This document shows positions 25,406 through 38,795 of a stretch of 64,000 nucleotides of DNA, piece after piece (the first letter of the stretch is position 1; each line of letters starts with the position of its first letter). The position numbers and the translations under genes are program-made. Below the pieces are notes generated by a model. The model worked only from the letters and a program-made list of their open reading frames with translations. It searched no databases and was not told where the DNA came from. Origin of the DNA: Neoconidiobolus thromboides FSU 785 (lineage: Eukaryota > Fungi > Entomophthoromycota); the NCBI GenBank assembly GCA_025603075.1, contig MU626358.1:13860-77859 (forward strand). Reading direction: 5' to 3'.

Positions 25406-26643
25406 ACGTAGTATCAAATTATATGATTCTATCACTTTCCGTTTTTGTTTAAATTTATATGATTGAGTGAAAAATAAAAGAAAAATAAAGATCAACTGTT
25501 ACTTTTTTTAGCTTATTTATTTCATGTATAGCTTAATATTTGTAAGTAGATTAATCTGTTCCTTCGTCAAAAAAGATAATGTTCAATTTTTTTCACTATT
25601 GTTGCTCATTTAGTTTTTTTTATAATAGTTCATAATGCTTTTATAAAAAAATGAGCAATACTTAACTAATAAAAGACTTCAGTACAATATTAGAAAAATA
25701 TTGCGTTTTGGGCTAAAATAAAATATAAATATATTTACAATTGTAAAATAGAAGATTAATTAAAATTTTAAATACATAATATAAACCAACAATTATAAAA
25801 ATCTTTGTTATATATAATGTATATCTAGGCTTAAATGTTTATCTTCTTTATAAAGCTTGATTTAATTTCAAGTTATTAAAAATGAGTTTTATTTTAAATT
25901 TTAAAATTTTTATATTTATTTTATTTAGTATACCCTTTTTCTACATAAAAGGATGTTTAAATAAAAAATTTTATAATATTGCCAATAATATATAATAATT
26001 CTAATAAACACTAATTAATTATATATATATAAAGTTCTAATTTATACTTATTATAATTAAATTTCATTATAGTTTTAATAACTATTACAATATTATTAAT
26101 ACTAATGATATTGAATTAAATCTTTTTATTAAAGTTATCACTTTCACTTTAGCTTGTTATTTTTAATAATAAATTATCTCATAACTAATAAAGTTATAAT
26201 AAAGATTTATTATTATGAGGATTAAAAATAAACAATTCAATTATTATTTAAAGTTATATATTATGTACTAAAGTAATCAAATTAACTTATTTTGTTATAA
26301 AATATTGACTATTTAATAACTTTTAATTATAAATAGTATAATGATTAAATTATAAGTCATTAGATTTCTGAGTTTCAATTATAAAAGAATAAATTAAATA
26401 AATATAGATTTTTGATTGAATTTTTGATAGTATTTATATTTCCTATAATTAAATAGTTTGTTTAATGTTTACAAAAAGAGTTATTAGTAAAAGAAATTAA
26501 TTTAGTATAACATATATCTATTTTTTACTAGCTTTTTCAAAAACAATACTAAGTATTTTGATAATACAGCTGGTGTAAACCTATTATAGCTTAATTAGCT
26601 GTTTATTTAAAAATAAAGCTTTGTTGAAATATAGATAAAATAT

Positions 26644-26742
26644 GGGAATATATTTTTTGACTTCATTATTTTTTCCATTTTTTAAGCACTATTTAAGCGG
26701 AAAAATTGTTAGGAAAATTCTTAAACATAAAAATATATCCCC
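26644..26742 (-). mobile_element. MITE-A copy 11
   Basis: Reverse-complement match; 25 bp from solo LTR 1. Confidence 0.87.
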
Positions 26743-26767
26743 ATATAATGTATTTTTTTGTTTAAGT

Positions 26768-27228
26768 TGTGGAATCTGGTATTCAGTGATTGGAGTCAAA
26801 AACAGCTATTACTTGGTTGACTACACTATAAGTCGAAAGGTCTTAGTTTATGTGACTAAGATAGACTTGAATTATGAAAAATAGTACATAATAGGCTACG
26901 AATTATATAAGATAAACAGAATAGACAATACTAATGTAAAATCTACGTAGAATACTATTAAATAAACCTAGTGGCTTTATTAAATGTTTGAGATATCAAG
27001 GAATAATTCAGTTAAAAAGCCTCGAACTACTATACTATAAAATCTCTTTTACACTCTGAAAAGTATAGATATCAATACGAGAGGATAATATTCTTTTGGA
27101 TGGAGCTAGAAATTCTCATAACAAATCAAAATAAGAGCATGGGATCGATTGTCTTTAAACTCGAGAACATAGCAGCTTAGGCGATTATGCTATAATTAAT
27201 CATGGGGCTGACAAAGCGACATTTCACA
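26768..27228 (+). mobile_element. Solo LTR copy 1 (461 bp)
   Basis: TGTGGAAT...ATTTCACA termini, 4-bp TSD AAGT, TATAA and AATAAA inside. Confidence 0.85.
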
Positions 27229-27820
27229 AAGTTTTACTAATAGCTTCTCTGTTCAAATAACATTTAAAAAATAGAAAAAGTAACAAAATTTTAAAAAGAT
27301 GCATTTATATAATAACTAAGCTTAAAGAAATTATTTTAAATACTGTCAAAAAAAATTTAACTCAAATTTTATTATTTAAATTAGCAGAATTTCTATTAAG
27401 CTTAATAGAAATTCCCGAATTGGCAAGGCCTTTACTAATGTAACTTATATATTAATACTAAACAAAGTTGTAGTATGTAAATAAATGTATATTCCTATAA
27501 AATCACATTGAAAAATATTTATTGTTAACTGCTTTATAGCTGATACTACAGGTTTACTATCAAATAAATAATTTTAATATTATAATTATACTATTAGTAT
27601 ATTACTAAGTTAATAAATAGTTACATAAGAGGGAATGGTTGGCTTTAAAACTATAATCAACTATCCTTATATGATATAAGCAATATAATGTTAATATTCA
27701 TTTTTATTTATTATAATAATTACTTGCTTTTTAACTGTTTATTAATTGTTTATTGACTTAGTTATTAATAACTTAAATGACATTAATATTTAATAAACTA
27801 TTCAGTTAATCAGTGGATGC

Positions 27821-28284
27821 TGTGAAATATCGCTTTGTCAGTCCCATGGTTAATTATAGCATAACAATCGCCTAAGCTGTTATGTTCTCGAGTTCAGAAG
27901 AAATCAATCCCATGTTCTTATTTTGATTTGTTATGAGAATTTCTAGCTCCATCCAAAAGAATATTATCCTCTCATTTTGATATCTATACTTTTCAGAGTA
28001 TGAAAGAGTTTACAGAGTATAGTAGTTCGAGGCTTTTTAACTGAATTATTACCTGATATCTCAAACATTTAATAAAGCCACTAAGTTTTCTTAATAGTAT
28101 TTTACATAGGTTTTACATTAGTATTGTCTATTCTATTTGTCTTATATAGCTTGTAACCTATTACGTGCTATTCCTCATAATTCAAGTCTATCTTAGTCAC
28201 ATAAACTAAGACCTTTCGACTTATAGTGTAGTCAACCCAGCAATATTTGTTCTTGACTCCAAACCCTGAGTACCAGATTTCACA
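27821..28284 (-). mobile_element. Solo LTR copy 2 (464 bp), inverted relative to copy 1
   Basis: TG...CA termini with 8-bp terminal IR TGTGAAAT/ATTTCACA, 5-bp TSD GATGC. Confidence 0.87.
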
Positions 28285-28841
28285 GATGCTAAAACTTTTA
28301 AATTTTCTGTTATTTTTATAATGTAAGTTGTGAGGTTAATTTTAGTTTTTCTATTTTTTATAGATTTTATAATTTTAATTAAAATTATATCACTTTTTTT
28401 AAAAAACCATCAGATATTGGATAACAGTGTAGTTTATTGTTGTTTGATAAAATGTAAATACTTTTTAATATCTTATATTTTTTTTGTATTTTTAGAAAAT
28501 TATATCTATTTTCCTATTATACTCACAAATAAAAATCTCAAATTTTAAAATTAATTAATTGATTTTCTGTTCTACTTAAGATTTTAAAACAATTTTTCTA
28601 TTATAAAAGGTTTTTCAAATGTCTATCAACTATATTTTTTATAATATTTATAATATTCATAAAAAAAATTGAGATTAATATTTAAATTATTAGTTATTTT
28701 ACAAATTTGTTTAAATATATAATATAATATAAAAGCTTGTAAAATTTAAAACAATTTTTTGTATTTATTTATATATTAACTTTTATGAACTTAAATAAAA
28801 GTTTTTCAAATATTAGATCAATCAAATATTTTTTTGGATAT

Positions 28842-28938
28842 AGGGATGTTCTTGATTTCATTACTTTTTTCATTTCTTTAAACACTATTTGAGCAGAAAG
28901 ATTGCCAATACAATTCTTAAACAAAAAAATACATCCTT
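28842..28938 (-). mobile_element. MITE-A copy 12
   Basis: Diverged reverse-complement match. Confidence 0.8.
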
Positions 28939-29064
28939 ATATGCTTAATCTAAAAATCTAAAATTTTGATTATTATTTATTATTATTTTTTAAAACTACT
29001 ATTATTTTAATTAGTTTGTAAAACTTTTATTGACCCTATTATATTAAAAGCTCAAATAATCCTA

Positions 29065-29149
29065 TTTTTTAAGAATCTTACTAATAATCATTCTACTCAA
29101 ATACCATTTGAAAAATGGAAAAAGTAATAAAATCAAAAAAAACACTCTC
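29065..29149 (+). mobile_element. MITE-A copy 13 (left end decayed; left member of an inverted pair)
   Basis: TTTAAGAATCTTACTAATAA...TGGAAAAAGTAATAAAATCAAAAAAAACACTCTC. Confidence 0.75.
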
Positions 29150-29186
29150 AGATTTTAAATCTAAGTCATAGTAATTTTATATATAT

Positions 29187-29283
29187 GGGGATGTTTTTTG
29201 GTTTCATTACTTTTTCCATTTTTTAAGCGCTACTTGAATGGAAAAATTGTTAGTAGAGTTCTTGAATATAAAAATACATCCCC
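29187..29283 (-). mobile_element. MITE-A copy 14 (right member of an inverted pair)
   Basis: Reverse-complement match; ATAT flanks. Confidence 0.87.
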
Positions 29284-29583
29284 ATATATGTATTTTCTTA
29301 AAATAATATTATTTGAGCTTTTAATACACATTTGAAAAATTGACCCAAATGGCCTTCATTTTTTGTCTAAATACCGCCGCCTATGTTGATGGGCTAATAT
29401 TATAAAACATCTATGATACTAGCTGCAGAAAGCTTTGTTAGTAATTAGAGACTCAAATTTTATTATCTTAAAAGCTCGAATTTGTACGATTACTTTTAAT
29501 GTACTTTTCTTGCTTTTACCATCGGCTCAGATAGGTGGTCGATTTTCTGGAATAACACCTGTTAAAAAACAAAATTGTATAAA

Positions 29584-29665
29584 GATATTTCTTTTTGTTT
29601 AGGAAATTCATTGACGTTTTTTCTATTTAATAGTGCCTAAAAATGGAAAAATGATGAAACTCAAA
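29584..29665 (+). mobile_element. MITE-A copy 15 (highly degenerate)
   Basis: Retains TTTTTGTTTAGG...TAGTGCCTAAAAATGGAAAAATGATGAAAC. Confidence 0.55.
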
Positions 29666-30132
29666 ATTAACTTAAGTAATTTTTGAGTATTTAATCTCAA
29701 AGTTTTAAATTTTAAAAGTATCAAATTTCAACAAAGATAAATCTTGTTTTCGAATTACTAGCTTATTTATAAATAACATATATATTATAAAGTAACACAA
29801 TATTTTATACTTAATATCTTTTACTTAAAATAAATATAACTCGGTTATTAATTCATTATTTTATAACATTTGAACCTTTAAAAATAATCAATAATCAATA
29901 ATCAATATTAAACAAGAAACTTTAAATGCTTAATTCGTTTCATTAATTTAAAAGCCGCCAATCAAATTTATTACCAATTTAATTAGCAATGTCTTTATAA
30001 AATGCATTTGAAATTAAGAGGTTCAATTAAAAGGAGTTGATTTAAGAGATATATAAACATTAAAAAAGAAATAGAAATTACATTTTAATTTTAATAATTT
30101 ATATTTTTAATTGTTTTTGATTTTAAATAAAA

Positions 30133-31784
30133 ATGTTTGAAAATCAAGAATCATTACCACGTCTACCCATCCCAGAATTACAAAATACCATCAACACTTA
30201 TTTAAAGAGTGTACGTCAATATCTCACACCAGCATCTCAAAGAGAAGTCGAAAAACTAGCTATTGATTTTATTAAACCAGGTGGCTTAGGAGAAGAATTA
30301 CAACAACGATTAATTAAATATGATAAAACTCAACGTAATTCTTGGTTAGAAAAATGGTGGTTGGAATACGCTTATCATCGATATAGGGAACCAACATTGA
30401 TTAATGTCAATTGGTATTGTTTAGGTAAAGATGAAGAAAATGGAAATCGACCTTATCAACCTGATGAATTAACTCCATTTTCTAAATATCAACTAGAAAG
30501 AGCTAGTAGATTAATTAATGGTATGTTAGATTATAAACAAAAGATTGATAAGTAAGTTTTTATTTAAGAAAAGAAACAATACAAATATTAATTATAATAA
30601 TAAATAGCGAAGAATTTCCAGCAGAATATGTAGGTAAAAAACCTATTTGTATGAACCAATATAAAGATATGTTTGGTGTTCATCGATTACCACAAAAAGA
30701 ATGTGATCGATTAATGAAAACCTTTTTAAAACAAAGCCAACATATTGTGGTTTTAGCCAAAAATCATATTTATAAAGTATCTGTTTATGAAAAAGAGACT
30801 GGAAATAGATTATCTAATAAGGATATTCAAAGGTAAGTTATATATTTCATTAAGTTATAAGATTTTTTAATATTAATTAAATGGATTTTTAGTCAATTAC
30901 TTAAGGTTGTTAAAGATGCTATTGATGCTCCAAAAAGTGATAAAATTTGTTTATTAACTTGTGCCCATAGAGATTTATGGACTGAAGTAAGCTTTTATTT
31001 ATTATTATAATATATTTAAATTTATTAATAATTGATTACTTTATTAATTATAGTGTTATGAAGAACTAATTAAAGAAGATGAACAAAATTTAAAAGAATT
31101 ATTAGTAATTCATGAAAGTTTATTTGTAGTTAGTTTAGATGACCATACAACAGAAAATAATTTAAATAATAAACATAAGAATATATATCATGGATTTAAT
31201 GGCAATAATCGATGGTTAGATTCAGCATTATCATTAATCATTGATTCCACAGGTACATGTGGATTAAATGGAGAACATTCGCCATTAGATGCTTTAATAC
31301 CAGCTTCTGTTTTGGATTTTGCTATTAAATCAAATAATAATTATAAAGATTGTAATAATATTGAGAATATTAAGAGATTAAATTTTAATATTAATCAAAA
31401 TATTAAAACTAAAATCGAATTGGCTCAAAGAGATATAACTAAATTAATTGCAGATTCTAATAGTATTGTTTTTCCTTTTATGGATTATGGTGTTGATTAT
31501 ATTAAAAAGAATGGTAAATTATTAAATGATAATAGTAATAATAAATGTTAATATTAATCTTAATTATTATTTTTTAATAGCAAAAACAAGCCCAGATGGA
31601 TATATTCAAATGGCTTTACAATTAGCCCATTATCATTTACATGGATATTGTGTATCTACTTATGAAACTGGAAGTACAAGAAAATTTTTACATGGAAGAA
31701 CAGATGCCATTCGAGTTTATTCAGAACAATCTTTAGAATTTTGTAAAAGTATGAAAGAAGATAAATTTAATGTAAGTTTAATAT

Positions 31785-31835
<51 letters not shown>

Positions 31836-32419
31836 TTTGTTTTATAGAGTACTGAAAGATATCATAAATTACAAACAGCAGTTAAACAGCATCTTTCTTA
31901 TGCAGCTAAAGTTAGTGAAGGAAATGGGATTGACCGTCATTTATTAGGTTTGAGATTAGTTAAAAAGGAAAATGAAACCCATTCTTTTTTTACTCATCCT
32001 GTGTTTGCAGAATCTCAATCTTGGAAATTATCCACATCTACTATGCTAAAAACAGATCTTATTGAAGGTAAATTATTATTATTCTATATTTATATTATTT
32101 ATATTATTTATATTATTTATATTATTTATATTATTTATATTATTTATATTATTTATATTATTTATATTATTTATATTATTTATTTATATTATCATTATTA
32201 GGTACTGGTTTTGGTAGTGTTGATCCCAATGGTTATGGTATTAATTATATACCAGCTGCTAATGGAAATAAAATTACATTTGGTATTGAATCAAAACACT
32301 CGTCCAATATAACAGATTCTATTAAATTCAAAGAATCTATTGATTGGGCTTTAAAACAAATGAAAACTATGGTGGATGAGGCTAATATCTCTTTACCTAA
32401 ACAAAAACCTAGGTTTTAA
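30133..32419 (+). CDS. CAT2: Carnitine O-acetyltransferase, multi-exon
   Basis: QESLPRLPIPELQNT, SWLEKWW, NRWLDS, catalytic GEHSPLD, SPDGYIQMALQLA, STYETGSTRKFLHGRT, GIDRHLLGL, GFGSVDPNGYGINY; ends KPRF*. Confidence 0.96.
31782..31838. repeat. (TATT)n microsatellite in a CAT intron
   Basis: About 14 perfect 4-bp units. Confidence 0.9.
32085..32183. repeat. 9-bp tandem repeat (TATTATTTA)n in a CAT intron
   Basis: About 11 near-perfect units; source of the spurious IIYIIY ORF tail. Confidence 0.9.
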
Positions 32420-32948
32420 ATTAAATATTGTAATCAATTTTATTTCTATCTTTTATTTCTATATTTGGATTTTAGATTTCAGATTTTAGATCGTTTATAT
32501 TTGTTAAATTTTATAATTCATAAAATAAAAATAAGATAATATTACATTTGTGAGAAATGTAAAACTAAAAATGAATTAATATTATTTAAAAAATAGAAAA
32601 CAAAACAAAGCCTACGTAATTTATAATTCATAATTCATAATGCTACTAAATAAAACAAAAGTTAAAAATATTTATTAAATTTATAACATCTATTATACAC
32701 TTGTTAAATTCCTTAGTAGTAAAAACGAGTAAGAAATAATAAATAAATAAATCAAATCCTCTCTCATTAAATACTATTAAATTAAATTTATTTAATAAAA
32801 GATTTGATAGAGTCTTATACTTTCAATATTAAAATAGAATAGAATAAAATATAAATAACTTAAAATTATTAAAATTCCAATATTGTTCAATTCAATCGTT
32901 CTTTTTTATAATGGCCACACTTTTAACAATTTTTCTATTGAAAATATT

Positions 32949-33386
32949 TTATTCATCTCCATGTAACTAAAAAACAGTCATTTTAATTAATAAAAGAATT
33001 AGCCCATAATGACTTACCACTTCAGCCATTTTAAACCATTTGTCTACATTAATATAGGGGCTATCTGATTTAGGTAAAACATCATGTTCCCAAACCAAAT
33101 AATCTTTAAATTCTTTTTCAATTTTAAAATGTTCTTGATCATTTTCTTTTTTTAAAAGTATCAGTCCTGTATAAAAAAAATTCATATTGATTCACTGTTT
33201 ACATTTATATTGTTTTATTTCTTTGTTATTACCTTTTAATCCATTTTCATTTAAATTGACTTTCCTAGACTTTAACAATCTCCCTCGAAAATTGGTTTCT
33301 TCATTTATAATAAAATAATCTTTAATATTAGCTTCACCATTATAATCAATTTTACAAGGTAATAAATGAATATTAGTATCTATCAT
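32949..33386 (-). CDS. RNASEH2C: Ribonuclease H2 subunit C (3 exons)
   Basis: IHLLPCKIDYNGEANIKDYF, FRGRLL, FKDYLVWEHDVLP, KWFKMAEV-LHGDE*. Confidence 0.9.
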
Positions 33387-33785
33387 TATTTATCTTGTTC
33401 TACTTTCCTAATAAAGTCAATTAATAAATTAATAAAACCTTTAAAAAAAGAATTTTCAACCTTTAATAATTTACAGTCATCTAATTTATGAATGTGAATT
33501 ATTGAGCTTTAAAAGTTGAAACTCAAGTTAGAATTCCACCAATTAAATGCACCAATAGAAGTTATAACAAATCATTAAAATCCATTTTCTCAACTTAGCG
33601 GAATTTTTAATATTCAAAGTCCTTTTTTTAATGCAATATTACTATTAAATCGAGCTAATTTTCTAAATTCTCCAAAAATTGATATTACAATAACCACAGA
33701 ACTTATCAATTTCTATATATAAAAGAATGTAATTTTATTTTTGATATTTATTATTTCATTCAAAATTTAATAATTAACCTTAAAA

Positions 33786-36700
33786 ATGCTTAGGAACAGC
33801 TTAACCCCATCTATTAACATACCACCATGTATGACCAGTGGAACAGAATTCACTAAAGTTAATGCGAATAAATCGGGTAGCAAAACACGAGTATTAAAAT
33901 ATGATTCTAATCTTAAAAGAATCACATTCAAAAGTAAAAATTTAGGAGTAATTCAATTAGAATGGATCATTAGTATTAAGAAAAGTTTCTATATCCCTTC
34001 ATTCCCCAATACTGGTTATCAAGTGGATGAAAGTTTAAGATTAGCTATTTATTATTCACTAAAACAAAAAGATAAAATATTATATTTAATTGCTCCAGAT
34101 AGAATTACTTGTGATCAATGGTATGATACATTGTTGGAATTAAGTAATTTAGGTAGAAAAGAGGATGTAGGAAGGGAAGAAAATTTTAATGAAATGGACG
34201 TTAAATTAGAACTTTGGTTAAAGCAAATTTGGGCAGTAGTGGATAAAGATAAAGACGGGAAAATTGATATTAAAGAAATGAAATATTTTCTAGAATTGAT
34301 TAATATTGAATGTACAGAATCAGAATTAAAAGTATTATTTAAAGTAAGTTTGTTATTTATTTATTATAATAATTTAAAATAAGATAAAAAATATAAGAAA
34401 AGATAATTAATGAATATTATTATTATTATTATTATTATTATAGAGAATGGATTTAGAAAAGAAAGGGTATTTAGATTTTGATGGTACTAGAAGATTATAC
34501 CATACCTTACAAACAAGACCTGAAATTCAAAAATTACATTTAAGTTTAAGTTTAGAAAATAAGGGCTGTGGTATGTCATTAGAAGAATTTAGTATGTTTT
34601 TAATAGAAATACAAAAAGTAAGAAAGTAATTTAAACTAATAATATTAATGTTAATAATAATATTAGGAAGAATATACAAAAGAAGAAATTGATAATTTAT
34701 ATATAAAATATAGTACCAATAATGTTTATGGTTTATCTAAAGAAGCATTAATTCAATATTTAATATCTAACGATAATAATGTATTAAAAGATCTAAATCA
34801 AGAGCCCTTAAATGATATGAATCATCCATTATCACATTATTGGATTAAATCATCACATAATACGTAATATTTAATTTATTAAATTAATTATAAAATAAAA
34901 TTAATTTTTAGCTATTTAACGGGTAATCAATTAAATTCAGTATCTTCGATTACTATGTATAAAGAAGTTTTATTACAAGGTTGTAGATGTGTGGAATGTA
35001 AGTTAAAATTATTTACATTAAGTAAAATGCAATTAATTAATAATAATAATAATATAGTGGATTGTTGGGATGGTGTCAATAATGAACCAGTTATTTATCA
35101 TGGATATACATTGTAAGTAATTTAATTAATTAATAATAATAATGTTAATAATATTAACGTTATTGATTCTTTATAAATTAGAACTAGTAAAATATTATTT
35201 AAAGATGTGATTCAAACAATCAAAGATAATGCATTTATAATATCCCCCTATCCAGTTATATTATCATTAGAAGTTCACTGTAATTTAATACAACAAGATG
35301 TAATGGCGAAACATTTAAAAGATATATTAGGAGATATATTAATTACAACAAGATTTGAAGAGTTAACAAATGATAATATTAATGAATTAAGATTACCAAG
35401 TCCTAATCAATTACTAAATAAAATTATATTAAAAGTAAGTTTTATTTTAAATGAATAAATTTTGATAGGATATTAACAAATCTGTTTTTTTAGGGAAAAA
35501 CATTGAGTGGAAGTAGTAAGATTATTAGTGATATTAAAAAATCCGAGTCAGAAGTAGTACCTTTAAATAATGAACCTATTATTAAAGATTATATTAATGA
35601 AGAAGCACAAAGTATGGAAGGTAACTTTAATATTATTAATAAATAAAATAGAAAGAAATCAACAGTACTAATATTTATTAATAGAAGCTTCAGAAGGCAG
35701 TAAAAAAATAACTGTTAAAGTTAGTAAATTATTAAGTGAAATCACACCTTATTGTCAAACTGGTAAATTTATTAATTATGATCATGCAGCAGGTAAATTA
35801 TTATTTATAAGTAAAATATAATCAATATAAATTAATAATTTATATTAATTTTAGTAAATATGAAATATTATCAAATGTCTTCTTTTTCAGAACCTTCGCT
35901 TCATTCAGCATTTGATAATTCTACTAATTTAAGAAAAACAATTGAAGAGTATATTCAACATAATGAACGTTGTTTATCTAGAGTTTATCCAGGTGGTATG
36001 AGAATTCATTCTAATAATTATAATCCATTACCTTTTTGGTTAGCTGGTTTTCAAATGGTAGCTTTAAATTATCAAACTTATGGTAATAATAATAACAATA
36101 ATTTATTTATTATTTTATTTATTGTTTTAGATTTAGGTATGCTATTAAATCGAAGTTTTTTCCGACGTAATCGACAATTAGGTTATGTTTTAAAACCAAG
36201 CTATATGTGTCAACCTAAAGTCAAAATACCTGAACCATTACCTAAAAAATATTATTTGCATGTACGAATTATTTCAGCACAAAATTTACCTAAACCCAAT
36301 GATGACAATCGAGGAGAAATAATTGACCCATTTATTGAAGTGGAAATGATATGTATGGAACATGGTGTTAAATTTAATAAAGGTACTCAAACTACTTCAG
36401 AAACCATTCAAGGAGTTTGTAATATGAGAGAGGAACTAGTGTCCTCTAATCAATGTTTAGATGGATTTAGTATGGTTGTTGTAAGGAAAAGTCAGAAAAC
36501 TACTGTAGTTAATAATAATGGATTTAATCCTCAATGGAATACTCATACTGTATTTATGTTTTCTGATCTAGAATGGAGTTTTTTAAGGTAATATTTAAAA
36601 TAGATTAATTATGTAAAATAAGATTATTAAAATATTATTATTTTATTTATTTTATTAATTAGATTTACAATTCATGAATTTAATAAACGAACTACAAATG

Positions 36701-37264
36701 ATAAAATTGGACAATATTGTATAAGTGTTAAAGATTTAAAATTAGGTAATTTTATTTATTATATAATAATAATTGGCCAATCAATTAATGATTCTTATTT
36801 TTTAATCTTTATTTTTTAATTCTATAGGTTACCGACATCTTCCAGTACAAGATTTTAATGGAAAAGATTTTCCAATGGCCTCACTTTTTATTTATACAGC
36901 ACTTGAAGAACATGAAGATCCCAATATTTTATTGAGAGGTAAAAGTGGCAATGTACCTATTGAACATATGCAAAATTTACCTAATATACCATTGGAAACA
37001 GTATTATTGAAAAATAAAAGTGAGAATATTGATATGGAAATGATACCAAAACAATCAAATATGCCTACGGAAGCAGTAAGAGCCAATGATAATGGGGGTA
37101 TACAAACAATATTTAATCAACCGAATGCACCCTTGGAAGCGGATAATATTAATTTGGAACTTAATCGATTGACATTAAGAGATTTCCCAATTGATAAAGG
37201 AACAGAGTTTATTAGTGAAAATTCAAAGAATGCAGAAAATAGTCAAGTTAAAATTGAAATTTAA
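33786..37264 (+). CDS. PLC1: Phosphoinositide phospholipase C (delta/Plc1-like: PH-EF-X-Y-C2)
   Basis: PH domain, EF hand [13 protein letters not shown] box [12 protein letters not shown] / GCRCVEL-DCWDG / [12 protein letters not shown] box [18 protein letters not shown]...[10 protein letters not shown]2 with NNGFNPQWN. Confidence 0.96.
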
Positions 37265-37561
37265 AGGTTAAAAATTTTGAGTCAAGTTTTATTTAACAAT
37301 GAATTTATTTTAAATTACTGAGATAGGAGCATGTTAACTATTATTATTTTTAAAGTTTAAACATGAATTTTGTATGAGTTTAAAATTAAATTTTAATTTT
37401 CTAAAAAAATTTGATGAATTACTATTTTTTTAGATTATTTTAAAGAATAAAAAATATTCAAAATGTATATTTAAAAACCATAAGCTAATTTTTGAATTTT
37501 TATTTTAAATAAATTATTACTTTTATTATTTTTATAGATTTCTATCGATTACTTCTTTAAC

Positions 37562-38795
37562 TTATTTAGATTCATTCTCTCGTTTTTCGTTATTCAACTC
37601 TAATTTTGATTGTTCATTAATTGAATTTTCTTTTTCTTTTTTTTTATGTTTACGTACTCTTTTACGTTTAATTTTAGTTTGATTAAAGTTATCAATTTCT
37701 TTATCTTTTTCAGTATGATTTATCTCATATAAATCTTTAGCCTCGCTACTCCCTTTATTAAATAAGGTCTTCTCTTCTTTGTTAACGTTCAAATCATCCT
37801 CTTTCTTGATGTTATTGTTTTTATTCTCATCCTTATCCTTATCTTTACCCTTACTTTGGGTTTGCTTATTGTTATCTTCTAGCTTTCTTCTTTTGATTGA
37901 TAATGGATTAGGTCCCTTTGCTTTTTTCTTTTTATTAATAACAATTGGCTTCTCTTCTTCTTCTTGTTCTCCCTTCAATTTATCTAATATTTGAATTTCT
38001 TTTTCTGAAGGTAAATATTTTTGATTTTGAATCTATAAATTTCATAATAAATTAAAACTTTTGTTAATAAAATTTAACTAATAAGATTCAAATTACCTCC
38101 AATACTTTCTTTTGGGTAGCTAAACTTAATGGGCTTATCAACAAAGTTTCATTAACAAAATAAACGTGAGGTACAGCTGGAATAGTCAAAATTTTTTTAT
38201 TTAATATTTTATCATGACTAGCTAAAAACAATCGATGTTGATTACAATCTCCTAAAAAATAAAAAGAATTAAGTTACCATTTTTTATAATTACATTCATT
38301 ATTTTTACTATGTTTATTTTAATATTAAATTAATAATCTTACCTAGAATAGAAGTTATGCATTCTATGGATGATATTGCTTTTTTATGCATACAATTACG
38401 TCGAGTGAATCTTTTAGCTGCTACGACAGCACCTAAATATTCATCTCCTTTATCTCGAAGTTCTTGGATAGTACAAGGGGATATCACTATAAATTAAAAT
38501 CAATTATCAGTATTTTAGATTTGATTTAATTTCATTAAGACTTACTCAATTTAACTGGGCCATCTAGAACTTTACATAATACTTCTTTTAAGTTGAGTCT
38601 TAACTTTAATGTATGTTGTAAAAGTTCACCTTCAACTAGAGAAATGATTAGATTAGTTGAGTGACAATGGAAGAAGATTAAGATCAAATGAAATTAATAT
38701 AACTTACCTAATATTTGATAGGGTTCTCGGAAATTAAAGAAAGTTTGGTAAGTTTTAGCTACCTTTTGATTATTCTTTAAGCGTTTAAGTTTCAT
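37562..38795 (-). CDS. UTP23: rRNA-processing protein Utp23 (PIN-like), multi-exon
   Basis: MKLKRLK...SFNFREPYQIL, LASHDK...IPAVP, C-terminal KKKAKGPNPLS motif and Lys/Glu-rich tail. Confidence 0.92.

Noticed and set aside
26642-26884. ORF-track ORFs at 26642, 40148, 40243, 41775 and 60524 with mutually similar peptides
   Set aside because: The similarity comes from MITE-A (and LTR) sequence, not from a gene family.
26768-28284. Possible single DNA transposon with 460-bp TIRs, or a full-length LTR element
   Set aside because: Each copy has its own TSD and TG...CA ends, and a third copy stands alone; the inverted orientation and lack of an internal ORF exclude a provirus.
28330-28548. 72-aa hydrophobic ORF (also 44874-45059)
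   Set aside because: Low-complexity AT-rich open frames with no motif or splice support.
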